Below are positions 1 to 11,720 of a stretch of 64,000 nt of DNA, one piece after another. The notes beneath the pieces are model-generated. The model made no database searches, was not told the DNA's origin, and saw nothing but the letters and a program-made list of their open reading frames with translations. The stretch is from the NCBI GenBank assembly GCA_013265495.1, contig MU058636.1, positions 4,437,741 through 4,501,740 of the forward strand, in the 5' to 3' direction. Position 1 is the stretch's first letter; each line of letters opens with the position of its first letter. Source of the DNA: Vicugna vicugna. Lineage: Eukaryota. The position numbers were made by a program, and so were the translations under genes.

Positions 1-959
1 TTTATTCCTAAACAACCAATTTAGTTTAACCAGAAGTTTTTATTTTTCAATGTTAAGCTATTTTGACATTCTAAATAAAGTATTTTTGTTCAACATAACT
101 TATTTTAAAAGTATAAATTTAGTGCCTAATGTTTATGTGTCTGTGTGCCTAGAATTGCCTTTTAAACCATCCTGCCCTCAAGACTGGGCAGTCTTCTTAA
201 AGAAATAGAGTATTTTCTCTTGAGAAGTTGTCACATGACAACTTAAATAATCCAAGAGGTAAATACTACACACTGGACATACAAGATTTCACAAATGTGC
301 ATCAGATAAAATACTGTGTGTTTAAAGGATGGAGATACTACAGGACCAGAGGACTGGGGAGACTCTAGAAGGGGAAGAGCTAGCTGGGCTTGAAGGACGG
401 GTAGGACTTGGTTAGGCCGGGACCAGGTGACTCTGGCCCAGCTGGAAGGGAGAGCGGGCAGCAATTCGTGTGCAGCAACACATCCTGGTATCTCTTCCTT
501 CCTCCAAAGAGAGGTCCCAATCCAAAGTGCTAAATGTCATTGGTTTTCTGTTATTGCTTTGTTTTTCATGTTGTGGGTTGGAATTTTTTGGTGGTTGTTT
601 TTTGTTTGCATTTTGTTTTAGAGTTTGTTTTGTTTATTGTTGTGGTGCCTCTGCGACCAGGAAAAAAAAAATCCCAAATGTCTATAAGATGGCAATTCAT
701 TCTCCATCCCCAGTGTTCCTGATATTTCTCCTGGCCTTTCATGACTGTCGCAGCCAGATCGGTGTGTGCTGCTGTGAGCCCAGCCAGGCTCCTCAGGATG
801 GGGTGCTCCATCCTCAGGGTTCCCCCAGCACCCCATCCGGGTATCTTGATGTGCCTGGGAATGGGTCCTCTCCCTCCAGGGACTGAGGGTAGAATTATGC
901 CCCTATTTCATCTTTGTTGTCCTAATACGCTGTGCACACTGGAGCTTGGTAAATATTTC

Positions 960-1560
960 TTTTATAATTTAAAAATATTTTATTAGTGTAAAGGCATTAT
1001 AAATGCATTGTGGAAAATTAGAAAATACATAGAGCAAAAATATTTCTTGAAAAATAGCATTTTCTCATACAGTTTACTGTTAATATCTTAAAGTATCTGT
1101 CCTTCCAGACTTTTTCCTATATGTGTCTATATTAATCTTTCTATTTATCTATCTACCTACCTATCTAGGTATTTTAAAATCAGATTATATTGTAATACAC
1201 ACTACTTTATAATGCGCACTGTTTTATAGCCTGTTTTTTTCATTTAATAATCCCCGCTTTTCCATGTAAATAAGTATTGATCTTCATATGATTTCTGCCA
1301 ACAAACTCACTGCATGCAAATCTTCCTAGAGAGTGCTTGCTAAAATTCATATTCCTAGACCCTAACTTGGGTCTGCAAATTCAGAATCTCCAGGGTTAAG
1401 GCGCTGGAATTTATATTTTGGCAAATGTCTAAATGCCCCAGTCTCAGTCACTGATCTGCAGCGTCATTCTGAGGACCTGAATAGATTTCCAATGTTTAGA
1501 TACACCGCAGTTTATCTAACCAATCTGTCCTGGTTTAATTTTTCATCATCTTGAGCCAGG
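960..1560 (-). mobile_element. Old L1 (L1ME-like) 3' end fragment, interrupted by a MER5-like element
   Basis: Degenerate L1ME 3'UTR-like motifs in antisense (e.g. GGAAAATTAGAAAATAC, TCCTTCCAGACTTTTTCCTAT, TTTATCTAACCAATC). Confidence 0.5.
1297..1458. mobile_element. MER5-like hAT-Charlie DNA transposon remnant
   Basis: GCTTGCTAAAATTCATATTCCTAGACCC...TCAGAATCTCCAGGG...TGGAATTTATATTTT resembles the MER5A core. Confidence 0.6.
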
Positions 1561-2235
1561 TGGTCAACATCATTAAGTGATGAGCATGACAGGTTGAGAT
1601 GATAAACATGTTAAATCTCTGTGAACGTCAGCACAGACTCATCTATTAAGTGCTAGTATAAAGAAATTAAGTCTGTGCTCCATATGTTTAGGGGGATCTC
1701 TGGTGTGATCCCAAAGCCACAGGACAGATCACCATAAAATGAGCTGAAGTAAAACTGCTGCAGTGGCCTTTCTTTTCCCCTTTCTTTCTTTATTCTCTCA
1801 TCCATGGGCCACGGGGACATAAATGTGTGTGCCTGTGTGGGTGGCCAGGTGACTTGGGGCCTCATTTTTAGTGCTTTCTCCTCTGGGTGATGTGGACGCA
1901 TTGACCTTTTTGCCTCTGAACCCTTTTGATGGCTGCTGACAGATGCTTTCTTAACACCACGTAACACCACTGATTAAGTTATAATCAGACAGCTCTGCCC
2001 AGCCCAGATTATTTCATCCTGATGTGTTGATATAGTGGCCCATCACTCCCAAGTTCTTAGCTGCCCGAGGGAAAGAATCTGCCCCAGATTTTTTTCATAT
2101 CTATTTCTTTCCTTTGAACTGTTTTTTGTAGTTCCCTCGGTTTCATGATGTAATGGAATTAAACTTGAGCAGTTTAGAATCAAGTAATTACATGACACTT
2201 CAGTAATAATTACTAATTGATCCCCACCTACCTGG

Positions 2236-2252
2236 GTGACCCCTGGTGGCAG
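2236..2252 (-). promoter_or_regulatory. Candidate CTCF site
   Basis: Minus strand reads CTGCCACCAGGGGTCAC, close to the CTCF core CCACCAGGGGGCGC; motif match only. Confidence 0.35.
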
Positions 2253-2474
2253 TGAGTTTCGTAGTGCTCTGATGGACAGATGGTGAGGCTCTATTTGGCC
2301 TGTCATGTATGAGATCCAGGTAATTAGGTTAAAAAAATGTTTTTCACAGACCTCAGATGGGCCACATTTGTCAAGAGGCTGGGTATGGACACCCAGACAC
2401 TGTGAGGTTGGTGTTTTCTAATCTGTTAAGTATAATATTACCGATTCTGTTTCAACACAATAGGGCTGAGAAGT

Positions 2475-3075
2475 CCATTCATTTGTTCACTCAGTAGTTC
2501 CTGCACCCTTACTGAGTGCAGGCGCCGTGCTAGGCGCTGCGGTCAGTGGTGAACAGATTGACGTAGTTTCTGCTCTCATGGAGCTGACAGTCTAAGTGAC
2601 CAAAGACAACTAAGCAGGCAGTTCCTACAAACACAGTAGGAACAATTGAACCCAGGCGTAGAGTGTTGGGAATGGCTTCTGCAGGTTAGGTCCAAACACA
2701 TCTAAAGGACAGATAGGAACTGATTAAAGAGGGCAGGAGTTGTCTAAGGTGAAGGAACACAGTCTACAAAAGCCCGTGAGGCACCAATGTCACATGCAGG
2801 GGACTGAACGAGCCCACTTGGCTGGAGCTGGAGCCAGAGCTTCACTGAAATCGGTGAGCCGGGCTAGGTCACCCGGTACCTGGGAAGCCTTGGTAGGGAG
2901 CTTGGGCTTATTATAAGAATAATGGGGAGCCACTGACGGTGTTTAAGAAGAGGAGTATAATCGGATACATGTTTTAAAGCAATCACCCTGGCAGAAGAAG
3001 GAGGAATGGGTTGAAAAGTAGTGAGACAAGAGGCAGGAAGATCAGACAGTTCCCTCTTGCTGTCTTCCAGCTGAG
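2475..3075 (-). mobile_element. L2 LINE 3' portion
   Basis: CATTCATTTGTTCA...GCCGTGCTAGGCGCTG...CTCTCATGGAGCTGACAGTCTA is the reverse complement of the L2 3' end. Confidence 0.75.
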
Positions 3076-3099
3076 AACTGGTGCTTCCCCGTGACAGGA

Positions 3100-3262
3100 G
3101 GATTCATTCATTGTTTATATTTGTGTAGTCTGACAGTTTCATTTATAGTATTACATCGGCTGATTCTTACCAGGAGCCAGGCACTATTCTGTTTCAACGG
3201 TCTCTATTTTTTTTTTTTTGAGCTTACATTCAGGTGAGGAGAGACAGACAATAAACATTAAA
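3100..3262 (-). mobile_element. L2 3' end; appears to continue at about 3870-4450 after an L1 insertion
   Basis: TTCATTCATTG...GCCAGGCACTATTCT...GAGCTTACATTCAGGTGAGGAGAGACAGACAATAAAC. Confidence 0.6.
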
Positions 3263-3271
3263 AAAAATTAA

Positions 3272-3750
3272 TACCATAGCAGCATGATTCACAATGGCTG
3301 AAAGGTGGAAACAACCTAACAGTCCATGGATAAACCAAAGGTGGTGTATATATACCATGGAATATCATTCAGCCCTAAAAAGGGATGAAATTTGGATTCT
3401 TGCTACAATATGGATGAACTGTGAAGACATGCTAAGTAAAATAAGCCAGACACAAAAGGACAAGTACTGTATGATTCCACTTGAATGAGGCGCCTAGAGT
3501 AGTCAGGTTCACAGAGGTGGAGAGAAGAGAGGTTACCAGGGGACTGGGGACTGGGGTTAGGGGCGGGTGAGGAGTTTCTGTTTAACGAGTACAGTATTCC
3601 TGTTTGAGAAGATGAAAAAGTTCTGAAAGTGGATAGCCGTGATGGTCGCACAACATCATGAGTGTACTTAACGCCACAGAATCATACACGTTCAATAGTT
3701 AAAATGGTAAATTTTGTATTATGTATATTACACCACAGTTTTAAAAAAAC
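3272..3750 (+). mobile_element. L1MB-like 3' end (ORF2 C-terminus plus 3'UTR)
   Basis: ORF 3294-3488 (WKQP...YTMEYHSALKRDEI...SQTQKDKYCMIPL) is the L1 ORF2p C-terminus; followed by an L1MB-type 3'UTR ending in an A-rich tail. Confidence 0.85.
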
Positions 3751-3869
3751 AACAAAAACCTCATTTCCTCCACAGCCAAACATCCCATGAGGCTCTGGGG
3801 TAAAGAAATGCAGGAAAGAGCGACCAAAGCAGTGTGTTGGGTAGATTTTTTTTCTGGGCAAAAAGTCTC

Positions 3870-4450
3870 ACACAGATGGTGGTAAATTCAATGAAGCAAT
3901 AAAGCAGACGTGCAGGGGGAGCAACTTGGAGGGGCAGGTGGGTCCGGGCTCTTTCTTTAGGTGACGTGGTCAGAGAAGTACTCGGAAGAAGTGACAGTTG
4001 CGTTAAACGTGACGGAAGGACTCAGCCTTGGAGGGACCTGGCGGGGGAGCATCCCGGGCAGAGAGCGTGCAGGGGCCCAGGCACTAAGGTTGGGAGGAGC
4101 GTGGCCCGGAGAGCAAAGCACCCGCGGCTAGAAGGCAGTGGGCACAGCAGACGTGGTAGGAAATAGAGGATAAGGCAGGAACCAGATTCCACGGGCTCAA
4201 AGGTCCCGTCAGGAACGGAGGTGAGGTTTATGCTAATTACCGGGGAGGCACTAGAGGCTTTTAAGCACAGCAGAGATGTGATCAGGATTTTGGAACAGGA
4301 ATGTGGCCCAGCTGTGAGATGAGAGCCTGGGGAGGTGGAGGTGGGGGACATGAGGCTGCTGTCGGCAGTACTGGGGTGGGGGTGAGTGATGCTGGGATAC
4401 AGAGAAGGGGGTGGATCTGAGAGCTCCCAGGGGCCGAGCCCCGGGACGGC
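3870..4450 (-). mobile_element. L2 internal remnant, unusually GC/CpG-rich
   Basis: GTGGTCAGAGAAG...GAGCATCCCGGGCAGAGAG...GGGGAGGCACTAGAGGCTTTTAAGCACAGCAGAGATGTGATCAG matches antisense L2. Confidence 0.65.
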
Positions 4451-4619
4451 CCTCCTGATTGACCGTGGGCCGTGAGCTCTGCAACGCCCCGGCTTCTAGC
4501 CTGGGCTTCCGGATGGACGTGGGGGCCGCCGTGGGGCCTGGGTGTTGAAGTCCTGTGACAGACACACGGTTGAGGCCTGTGCTGGGCTTCCTCCAGGGAG
4601 GCTGTATTTGGAAGGAGAT

Positions 4620-4740
4620 GTGTAGTGAAGAGTGAGAGCTTTGGCTTTGGGGTCGAGAGGCTTGGGTTTGCGTGAGCACCACTTACCAACTTGGGAAAGA
4701 TACCTAATCTCTTTAAGCCTCTGAAAATGAGGCTAATAGG
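4620..4740 (+). mobile_element. MIR SINE fragment
   Basis: GGCTTTGGGGTCGAGAGGCTTGGGTTTG...CCACTTACCAACTTGGGAAAGATACCTAATCTCTTTAAGCCTC. Confidence 0.65.
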
Positions 4741-4929
4741 AAATCTGGGTGCAGTGGGACCCCTAAAAATGATCGATGCCCTTCCCTTCTGGGAGCCCCA
4801 CCTCCCCAGCCTCACTGGAGGAGAGCCATGGCTCCAAAGCCAGTAACACAAGGTTTGGCCTGAAGGGCCCGTCAGGCAGATCTCAGAGGACACCCCATTT
4901 CTGCACTTCCCTAAAGTAGCTGACAATGG

Positions 4930-6030
4930 AAAACAGTGTTAACCTGCAGCCTGTGGCTAAGCCTCTGGTGAGCTGTGAGTCCATACAGGCGGACACGGGC
5001 AAGGTCAACCTGCAGACATCTAAAGCCTTCTGGCAACAGCAACAACAAACGTTGTTAAGTAATGGTGAGGAGGAGGGAGCGTTTGGGGGGTATGACGGTG
5101 GTCCTCATTCACAATAATAGGAAAAACTAAAAGGCAAGAATAAATCTGTAAGATATTCACGTCCTCATGGAGAAAATTACAAAACATTACTGAAGAACAT
5201 AAAATAAGGTGCAAAGCAAAGGAGAGAGACCACATATTCCTAGATGGTAAAATTCAATATCAAAGTTGATTTTTACCAAATTGATTTTAAAACAATAAAA
5301 TTTAGATCAGACTCTCAGGAGGTTTTGTGTTGGTGTGTGGGTGTATGGAATTTTATAAGCCAATTCTAAAATTCATATGAGAAGCACAAAAAGCAAAATG
5401 TTTGAAGACCATCTGGAGAAACTTGCCCTATCAGATACTAAAACTTACTTGAAACCCATCCTGATTTAGTCAAAGGAGCTTTGACGCAAGGATAGAAACA
5501 GACCAAAGTAGAGACCCCAGAAGCAAACCCATGCCCATATAGAAACATGATAAATGTCCTCAATATTGGCGCGGCTCATCAGGCGAGGGAAATAATTGAT
5601 ATTCAGTCATAGATCAAGTAGGACAAATGATTGACATTTAACTCATTACACATTCGTACAAAAATAAATTCTAGGTGGATTAAAAACCTAAATGTTAACC
5701 AACACATAAGAAAAATACCTTCAAAATATATTACAGAAGAATTTCACAGACAGCATACAGAAAACGCAATCATAATTGATAAATCTGACTATATTAAAAT
5801 TCAAGTTGTCTGTTTAACAGAAAATACTATAAACAAAATAATAAGTTACATAATGGAAGGAGGTATTTGCACTGGCTGTAAGTTACTAAAAATTAGTATC
5901 CAGAATGTATTTTAAAAATATAAATCAGTAAGTTATAAGAAGATAGCCTAACATAAAACTGGGCAAAGAAAATGAACAGAAACACACAGAAGAAATTTAA
6001 TTGGTGTGAAAAGACGCCCTGTCTCCCTAG
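4930..6030 (+). mobile_element. Degenerate L1M ORF2 fragment
   Basis: ORF remnants such as TKINSRWIKNLNV...DKSDYIKIQ (5631-5915), and DNA motifs such as ATTCTAAAATTCATATG. Confidence 0.75.
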
Positions 6031-6674
6031 TTACGAGGATGTGACATAGAGCCGTATAGCTACCTGTGCAGTTGCTCAGCCCCCTATGACGTTCGTGGTA
6101 GGTCAAAGGTTCCCAGTCTTTGGGAGTTCCCAGGGTAGCACTGTGGCTTGGAGCTAAATGCCAGGTTGGTGTCTGACTCTTTAACCTTTGCCGAAGCTTA
6201 GAAGGTCAATAGCCAGAGTGATACAGAATTCAGATCTTGAGCCAAACTGTGCCGGATTTTTGGAGAGAGTGGAATTTGGATGAAGACTTGGTGAGGTGGG
6301 GAGGCCCAAGGCTATAGGGATGAACAACCCAGATTGTGTCACAGCCAGGGGGCAGCTAAAGTCACAGGAAGCCAGATCGTGAGCTGAAATTTATGCCAGG
6401 TCCATTCTTATGCTCATTAAGTGTTGGACAAGTGAAGGCTGGTACTCTAGGCAGGCTGAGCCCCATGTGAAAGGCAGTGACTCTGAAAATGACATATACG
6501 AACCTGTGGCCACCTCTGGCCACCTAGTCACCTCTGTCCAACAAGGACACCTCTGCAACAAGCAGGCTTTTCTCGGTCTTAACAAGTAAGCAGTGTCTCT
6601 TGAGCAAGACTAATCACCCAAACTCAGAATCACCGTCCACCCCACTTAGCTGGGGTTCTTAGGTAATGCTGTTT

Positions 6675-6835
6675 GTGCGTTCAATGTGTCATGACTGAGT
6701 GTCTCACGTGGACCAGACATTATTCTAGGTGCTTGGGATACACTGATGAGTAAAATAAACAGAGATCTCTGTCCTCCTGGAATTTATACTTTAGAGGGAA
6801 GGGAGACATTATCAATAACCAGAATGAATAAGTAA
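6675..6835 (-). mobile_element. L2 3' end fragment
   Basis: CCAGACATTATTCTAGGTGCTTGGGATAC...CTCCTGGAATTTATACT. Confidence 0.65.
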
Positions 6836-9073
6836 ATCATTTATCTCAGATTTGACCCCAGATCTACTGAAAGAAGAATGTATATTTTTACCAGTTCTTC
6901 CAGTAATTTATAAAGTTTGAGAAACACTGCGAGTCTTGGAATCATTGGCTTTTCCACTCATAATTCTACATCCAACTGATCACGGTTGGGTTGGCTTTCT
7001 GCCAAGTCAACACCTAACCTGTTCTTGGTAATGGACAGTTACCACATCTCTTGGTGGTGGCGATGGGAAATAACACTTGTGAGCAGATATTATAGGCAAC
7101 ACTCACCACGTCATTTGGAATTCGGGACAGCTTCCTTTGCTATAAATGTGCCTGTTTCTTAACACCGAGCAGCTACTGGCTGTAATTAAGGCGACTTTAA
7201 TGGCAGCGAGTGGTTTTGTTATGTTGTGCGCCTTGCTATTCTGGACCAACTTATTTTAGTCCTGGTACATCTGGTTCTACCAAAAAATATTGACTCCTTT
7301 GCTAAATAAAGGCATTCTCACAATTTTCTTCCTTTGAACACAAAGACGTAGGCAGGCGGTTAAGAGCCGAAGACAGTAGTCAGAATGGCCTGAAGTGTTT
7401 TGTCACCTCCACCCATCGGCGTCCACCACTGCCACTTCCAGAAGCTTCTTTCCACGTTTCTCTCCCAAAACAAAACATCCACTTTGGGGATCCAGCTCCT
7501 GGTGAGTCTTTTGCATTCATACTTCCCTGATCATCCCCAAACAAAGCAGTTACCTTAACTTTCCACGCAGACAACACCTTCTGTTACTGCCTCTGGGCTT
7601 CAGTTTGAAATGGATCATGTACTTACACCAGCTCTTCCGCACTGGCTTTGAGCTGTCCTTTGTGTCCTGTGAATGGTCGGCGAAGTCTCAGATGATTGTC
7701 TGCATTCTCATACTTTTAAGTCATATTTTCCAGGATACGTTTTAGACTCTTTATGGACGGGAGCTGCCTTGTCCACAGTTGTCGCTCACTCCACGGGTAA
7801 AGACTTTTTCCTTTTGCAAGGTCAAGAATCTAGTATATAAATGATAAAATTTGGGACTGACATCACACGGACATTTCCATCTGCTGTTGAAGTAAAGCTT
7901 TAAGTAGTATTTTAAGTGTTGGAACTGAATCGTGTTTGGCTTGGAATGGCATTTCTCGGGCAGCTGGTTTGTTCCCAGCGTGTGAGATGACAGGAACCAG
8001 ATTACTGTTTGAAGAGCAAGGTAATCGGCCTCCAGCATTAGAAAACAGGCAGCAAAGCAATTTAGAATTCAGATTGAACACCATTAATTTTTACTAGGGT
8101 GTTCCTTGTACGGGGTCACCAGCAGACATTTGAAAGAAAGCTGTAACCCAAGTCTAAACAGGATTGTCGTAAAAGCAGAAGGACTATGAAAAGCATACTG
8201 AGGATTTTTTTTCGAGCAGTGCCATGCAAAATCAGTTCCATACCAAATCCAACACAGTTCCCAAAGAAATGGTCGAGATTACTACACTACAATATTTAAT
8301 GAGTTTATTCCTAGCTATGCAGTTTACTCAAGGAGAAGAGATTAGCAAGAACTCCAAAACTGAGAGATTACGGTAGAGCCAGGGTTTAAGATTGCTTGCC
8401 GCGTGCAAACTTTTTTCTTCAAAAGATGCACATTCTTACTGTGTCCTATTTCCTCTTTCCAAAGACCTTCCCTTTATATTGATGAAAGGAAAAAATGGGC
8501 TATCCTGTCCTTCAGTTTGTTTTTAATAGCTTAGCACGTCATCCTGTGCAACCTGGGGCCAGCTGGAATCTTGCTGGAAATGCAACTGCCAGACTTGTAA
8601 CTGGGATGAGCTGAAGTTGCCTACAGGAGTGCATTTTTGGAAGATGGAAAAACAAAATAATAATAATAATTCTAAACACTGAAAGCTTATTTTGGAAAAC
8701 ACACAGGCTCCTTCTATTCCATGACTTTTTCTGGATTTTTCCAGTAACTGTGAAGTTTCGTATTCTAAAAGTCAATCCCTGTTCATCTAACCGACAATAA
8801 ACACTACCATAACTCTGCCTCCACCTGCGTTCCCTGCCCGGGCAGCCTATTCTCTATGTGTTTATTAAAGTTATCTTTCTCAAACAGCAATATAATTTCA
8901 TTCTATTTTGAAAATTGTCCATTGACTTACATCTTATCCACTAATATGTATTGCACGTGCATGTACACAAAGTCACAAACAGGATCGTACAAAGTATAAT
9001 ATTTTATAAGCGATGTTTCATTGGACAGCTATTTACTGAACAGCTGCTCTGAGCTTGCATTCCTGACAACATC

Positions 9074-9552
9074 TGTAGGAACCACTCTGCGTTCCCGGCC
9101 TCACACCCCGTCGGCCGCCTCCGTGGGTGGTCCATGCACACTCACCTTTGTTTGTCAAGCACGCACCAAGCAGTAGCTCCAGGTATCTGCCGCAGGCTTT
9201 CCCTGATGCCTCAGAAGCTCGCTTTGCTCACACATGAGCACGTCCCGGAAGCAACCTTCCACCAGTGGGGATGGGAGCCGATGGGTGAAGTGGGAACAAG
9301 CTCCAGCCCTGTCCTTCATGAGGACAATTGGCGACACTGCTGCCTGGTTCCTCACAAGGTTCTCAGCAGGACTGAGCAGCTGCCCACAGACGTGGCTGCT
9401 CAGCCATCATCCTTCACTGGGTTTCCCTCCTTCTCTCTCTCACTGTCCCCTACTCCCTCACTCCTGTATCCTTGGATCATCTCCCAAATAAACATCCTGC
9501 ACCCAAGTCTTTGTCTCATACCCTGATTTCAGGGGAACCCAAACTGGGGCCT
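9074..9552 (+). mobile_element. LTR16-like ERVL solo LTR
   Basis: Ends with CTCCCAAATAAACATCCTGCACCCAAGTCTTTGTCTCA...GGGGAACCCAAACT, typical of the LTR16 3' end; TG start near 9074. Confidence 0.75.
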
Positions 9553-10319
9553 CGTCAGACAGTTACAGATATAATTAAGTTACGATGAGTGAGAAGAAGG
9601 CTGAGTGTGAGACACCTTGTGAGTATATAACCAGGGAGATCTGGGAAGGGTGTTTATGTTGAGAACAAATGGGTAACTGTGAGTTGGCCAAAAGAAAGGG
9701 GGAGTCCGTGAACATCGTCCCGTATTAATAAACGTATGTCTGTATCATTATTAAAAGCTGTGTAGCCTTCTAGCGTATGAGTGTTCTTGTTGGCACCCTT
9801 CCTAATAAGGAAAATACCATTCTTTCTGTTTGATAATTTGATCCATGAAAAATCTCATTGTTGTTTGCATTTCTTTAATTGTTACTAAGATTGGACACTT
9901 TTTCCATATATTTATTGGCTGTTATTCACTTATCTCTGAGAAATTACTTGTTCATGAACTTAGCTTACTTTTCTGTGGGTTTAAACGTAATTTTCTTAAA
10001 TGTACATAGTTAAATCTACCAGTCTTCTCCCTCATAATTCCTATTCTCCATAGCTATACTTTGAAAATTTCTCTCTGCTTTAAGATTGACTTTCCTTAAT
10101 AATTTGAGTGTTCAACTTTATCGTATTCTAAATTCCTACTAACACTGGTATCTGCTTCTGGACTTTCTACTCTAGTTTTTTTACTCTTTCTGTTTACTTA
10201 TGCTATCACATTGCTTTAATTATTGTAGTTTTAAAACATATTTTCACGTCTAGGAGTGTAAGCCACTCATTATACATAATATATATTATATATGTACACA
10301 TACCATATGTATGTAGTTG

Positions 10320-10500
10320 TAACTTTTCATTGTATGACTACAGACTTATACAAGAGTTGCAGGAATGTTACAAGGAACTCTGCTGTACCCTTTATCCAGA
10401 TTTACCGATTCTTTACATTTTGCTCTGTTTACTTTACCATTCATATCACCATTACCTCTTTCTCTCCCTCCCTCCCTGTTTCCCTGTATACGTACACCAA

Positions 10501-10536
<36 letters not shown>

Positions 10537-11130
10537 TCTCTTAAACAGTTTTAGCTGTTTGAGAAGCAGTTGCAGACACAACTGCAGTGCAGACACCCGA
10601 AATCCTTCAATGCACATTTCCTAAGATCAAGGATATTCTCTTATATTTCTATTGTACATTTATCTGATTAGGAAAAATTAGACAAAGTCCACATTCAGAT
10701 TTTGTCAATCACCCCAATAATGTCCTTTATAGGTATTTATACCACTATCACCACCACCTCCCTCACCTCCCAACCTCCCCGCCCCTCCTCCTCCCCTCAA
10801 GTCCAGGGTTCAATCCAGGATCACACATCACATTTAGCTGCTTTGTCTTTTTAGTCTCTTTTATTTTGGAACAAGAGGTTCTCATCCCTTGTCTTTTGTG
10901 ACCTTGATATTTTTAAAGACTACAATCCTGTTGTAAAATACTCCTCATTTGAGGTTTGTTTGATGTTTCTTCATGATTAAATTCAAGTTAGACTTTTTTT
11001 TTGGCAGGGGTATCATAGCAGCAATGCTGTGTCCTCCTCATTACTTCACAGCAAACGCGCTGTCAGTTTGTGCCAGGATGGGGGTGTTAGTGCTGATCAC
11101 TGATCATACTGGGTCATCCAGATTTCTCTG
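10320..11130 (-). mobile_element. L1MC4/L1MD-like 3'UTR fragment nested in the older L1
   Basis: CAAGAGTTGCAGGAATG...TACCCTTTATCCAGATTTACC; CAATCCAGGATCACACATCACATTTAG; CTTCATGATTAAATTCAAGTTA. Confidence 0.65.
10501..10540. repeat. (AC)13 microsatellite with imperfect tail
   Basis: Read directly from the sequence. Confidence 0.95.
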
Positions 11131-11524
11131 AATATTTTAGAATCATTTTGACAAGTTCTGAGAAAAATATTTTTACTGTAAATCCACCTGATTTATAGAT
11201 TAACTTGGAAAGAGCAATGTTTTCTCTTTTTTAACTCTACTTTTTGGTCCCTCATTAACATTTTGTAGTATTTTCCTTTCTTGTGGATCTACAGGTGTCT
11301 CGTTCAGTCTTAGGTTTTAAGTATTTCTGACTGTAGTTGGAAACAGAATTTCTTTTTTCTTCATGTTTTCTTTTTTTGTGTTGCTACTAGGGAGGAAGTC
11401 AGTTTATCTTTGTATAGGTGTGTAACTAGTTTCCCCATCTCTGATAGTTTTTATAGGTTTTTGTGATTCTCTTATATTTTCTGGGTGAATAATCTTATTA
11501 CCTTCAGATAATGAGGTTTGTCTT

Positions 11525-11720
11525 TTGAGTTTGAAATCAGAATCTACCAGTTGTTAGTCTGAGCTTTAATACTTCTTAGCCTCCATTTCTTCATCTATAA
11601 AATGGGCATAGAAATACTTTATATCATTGCTATGAAGAGTAAATGAGATAATGCATGTAAAACTCTTAGGACAGTATTTTATCAAGGGATCAAACTCTCA
11701 ATATACATAAGCTAGTTTTG
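11525..11720 (+). mobile_element. MIR
   Basis: CCTCCATTTCTTCATCTATAAAATGGGCATA...AAATGAGATAATGCATGTAAAACTCTTAG (MIR core). Confidence 0.8.

Noticed and set aside
70..80. AATAAA as the poly(A) site of an upstream gene
   Set aside because: The hexamer is common in AT-rich DNA and there is no upstream context in the window to support it.
4022..4926. Overlapping 109-214 aa ORFs
   Set aside because: They lie in GC-rich L2/MIR remnants where stop codons are rare, and show no recognisable domain.
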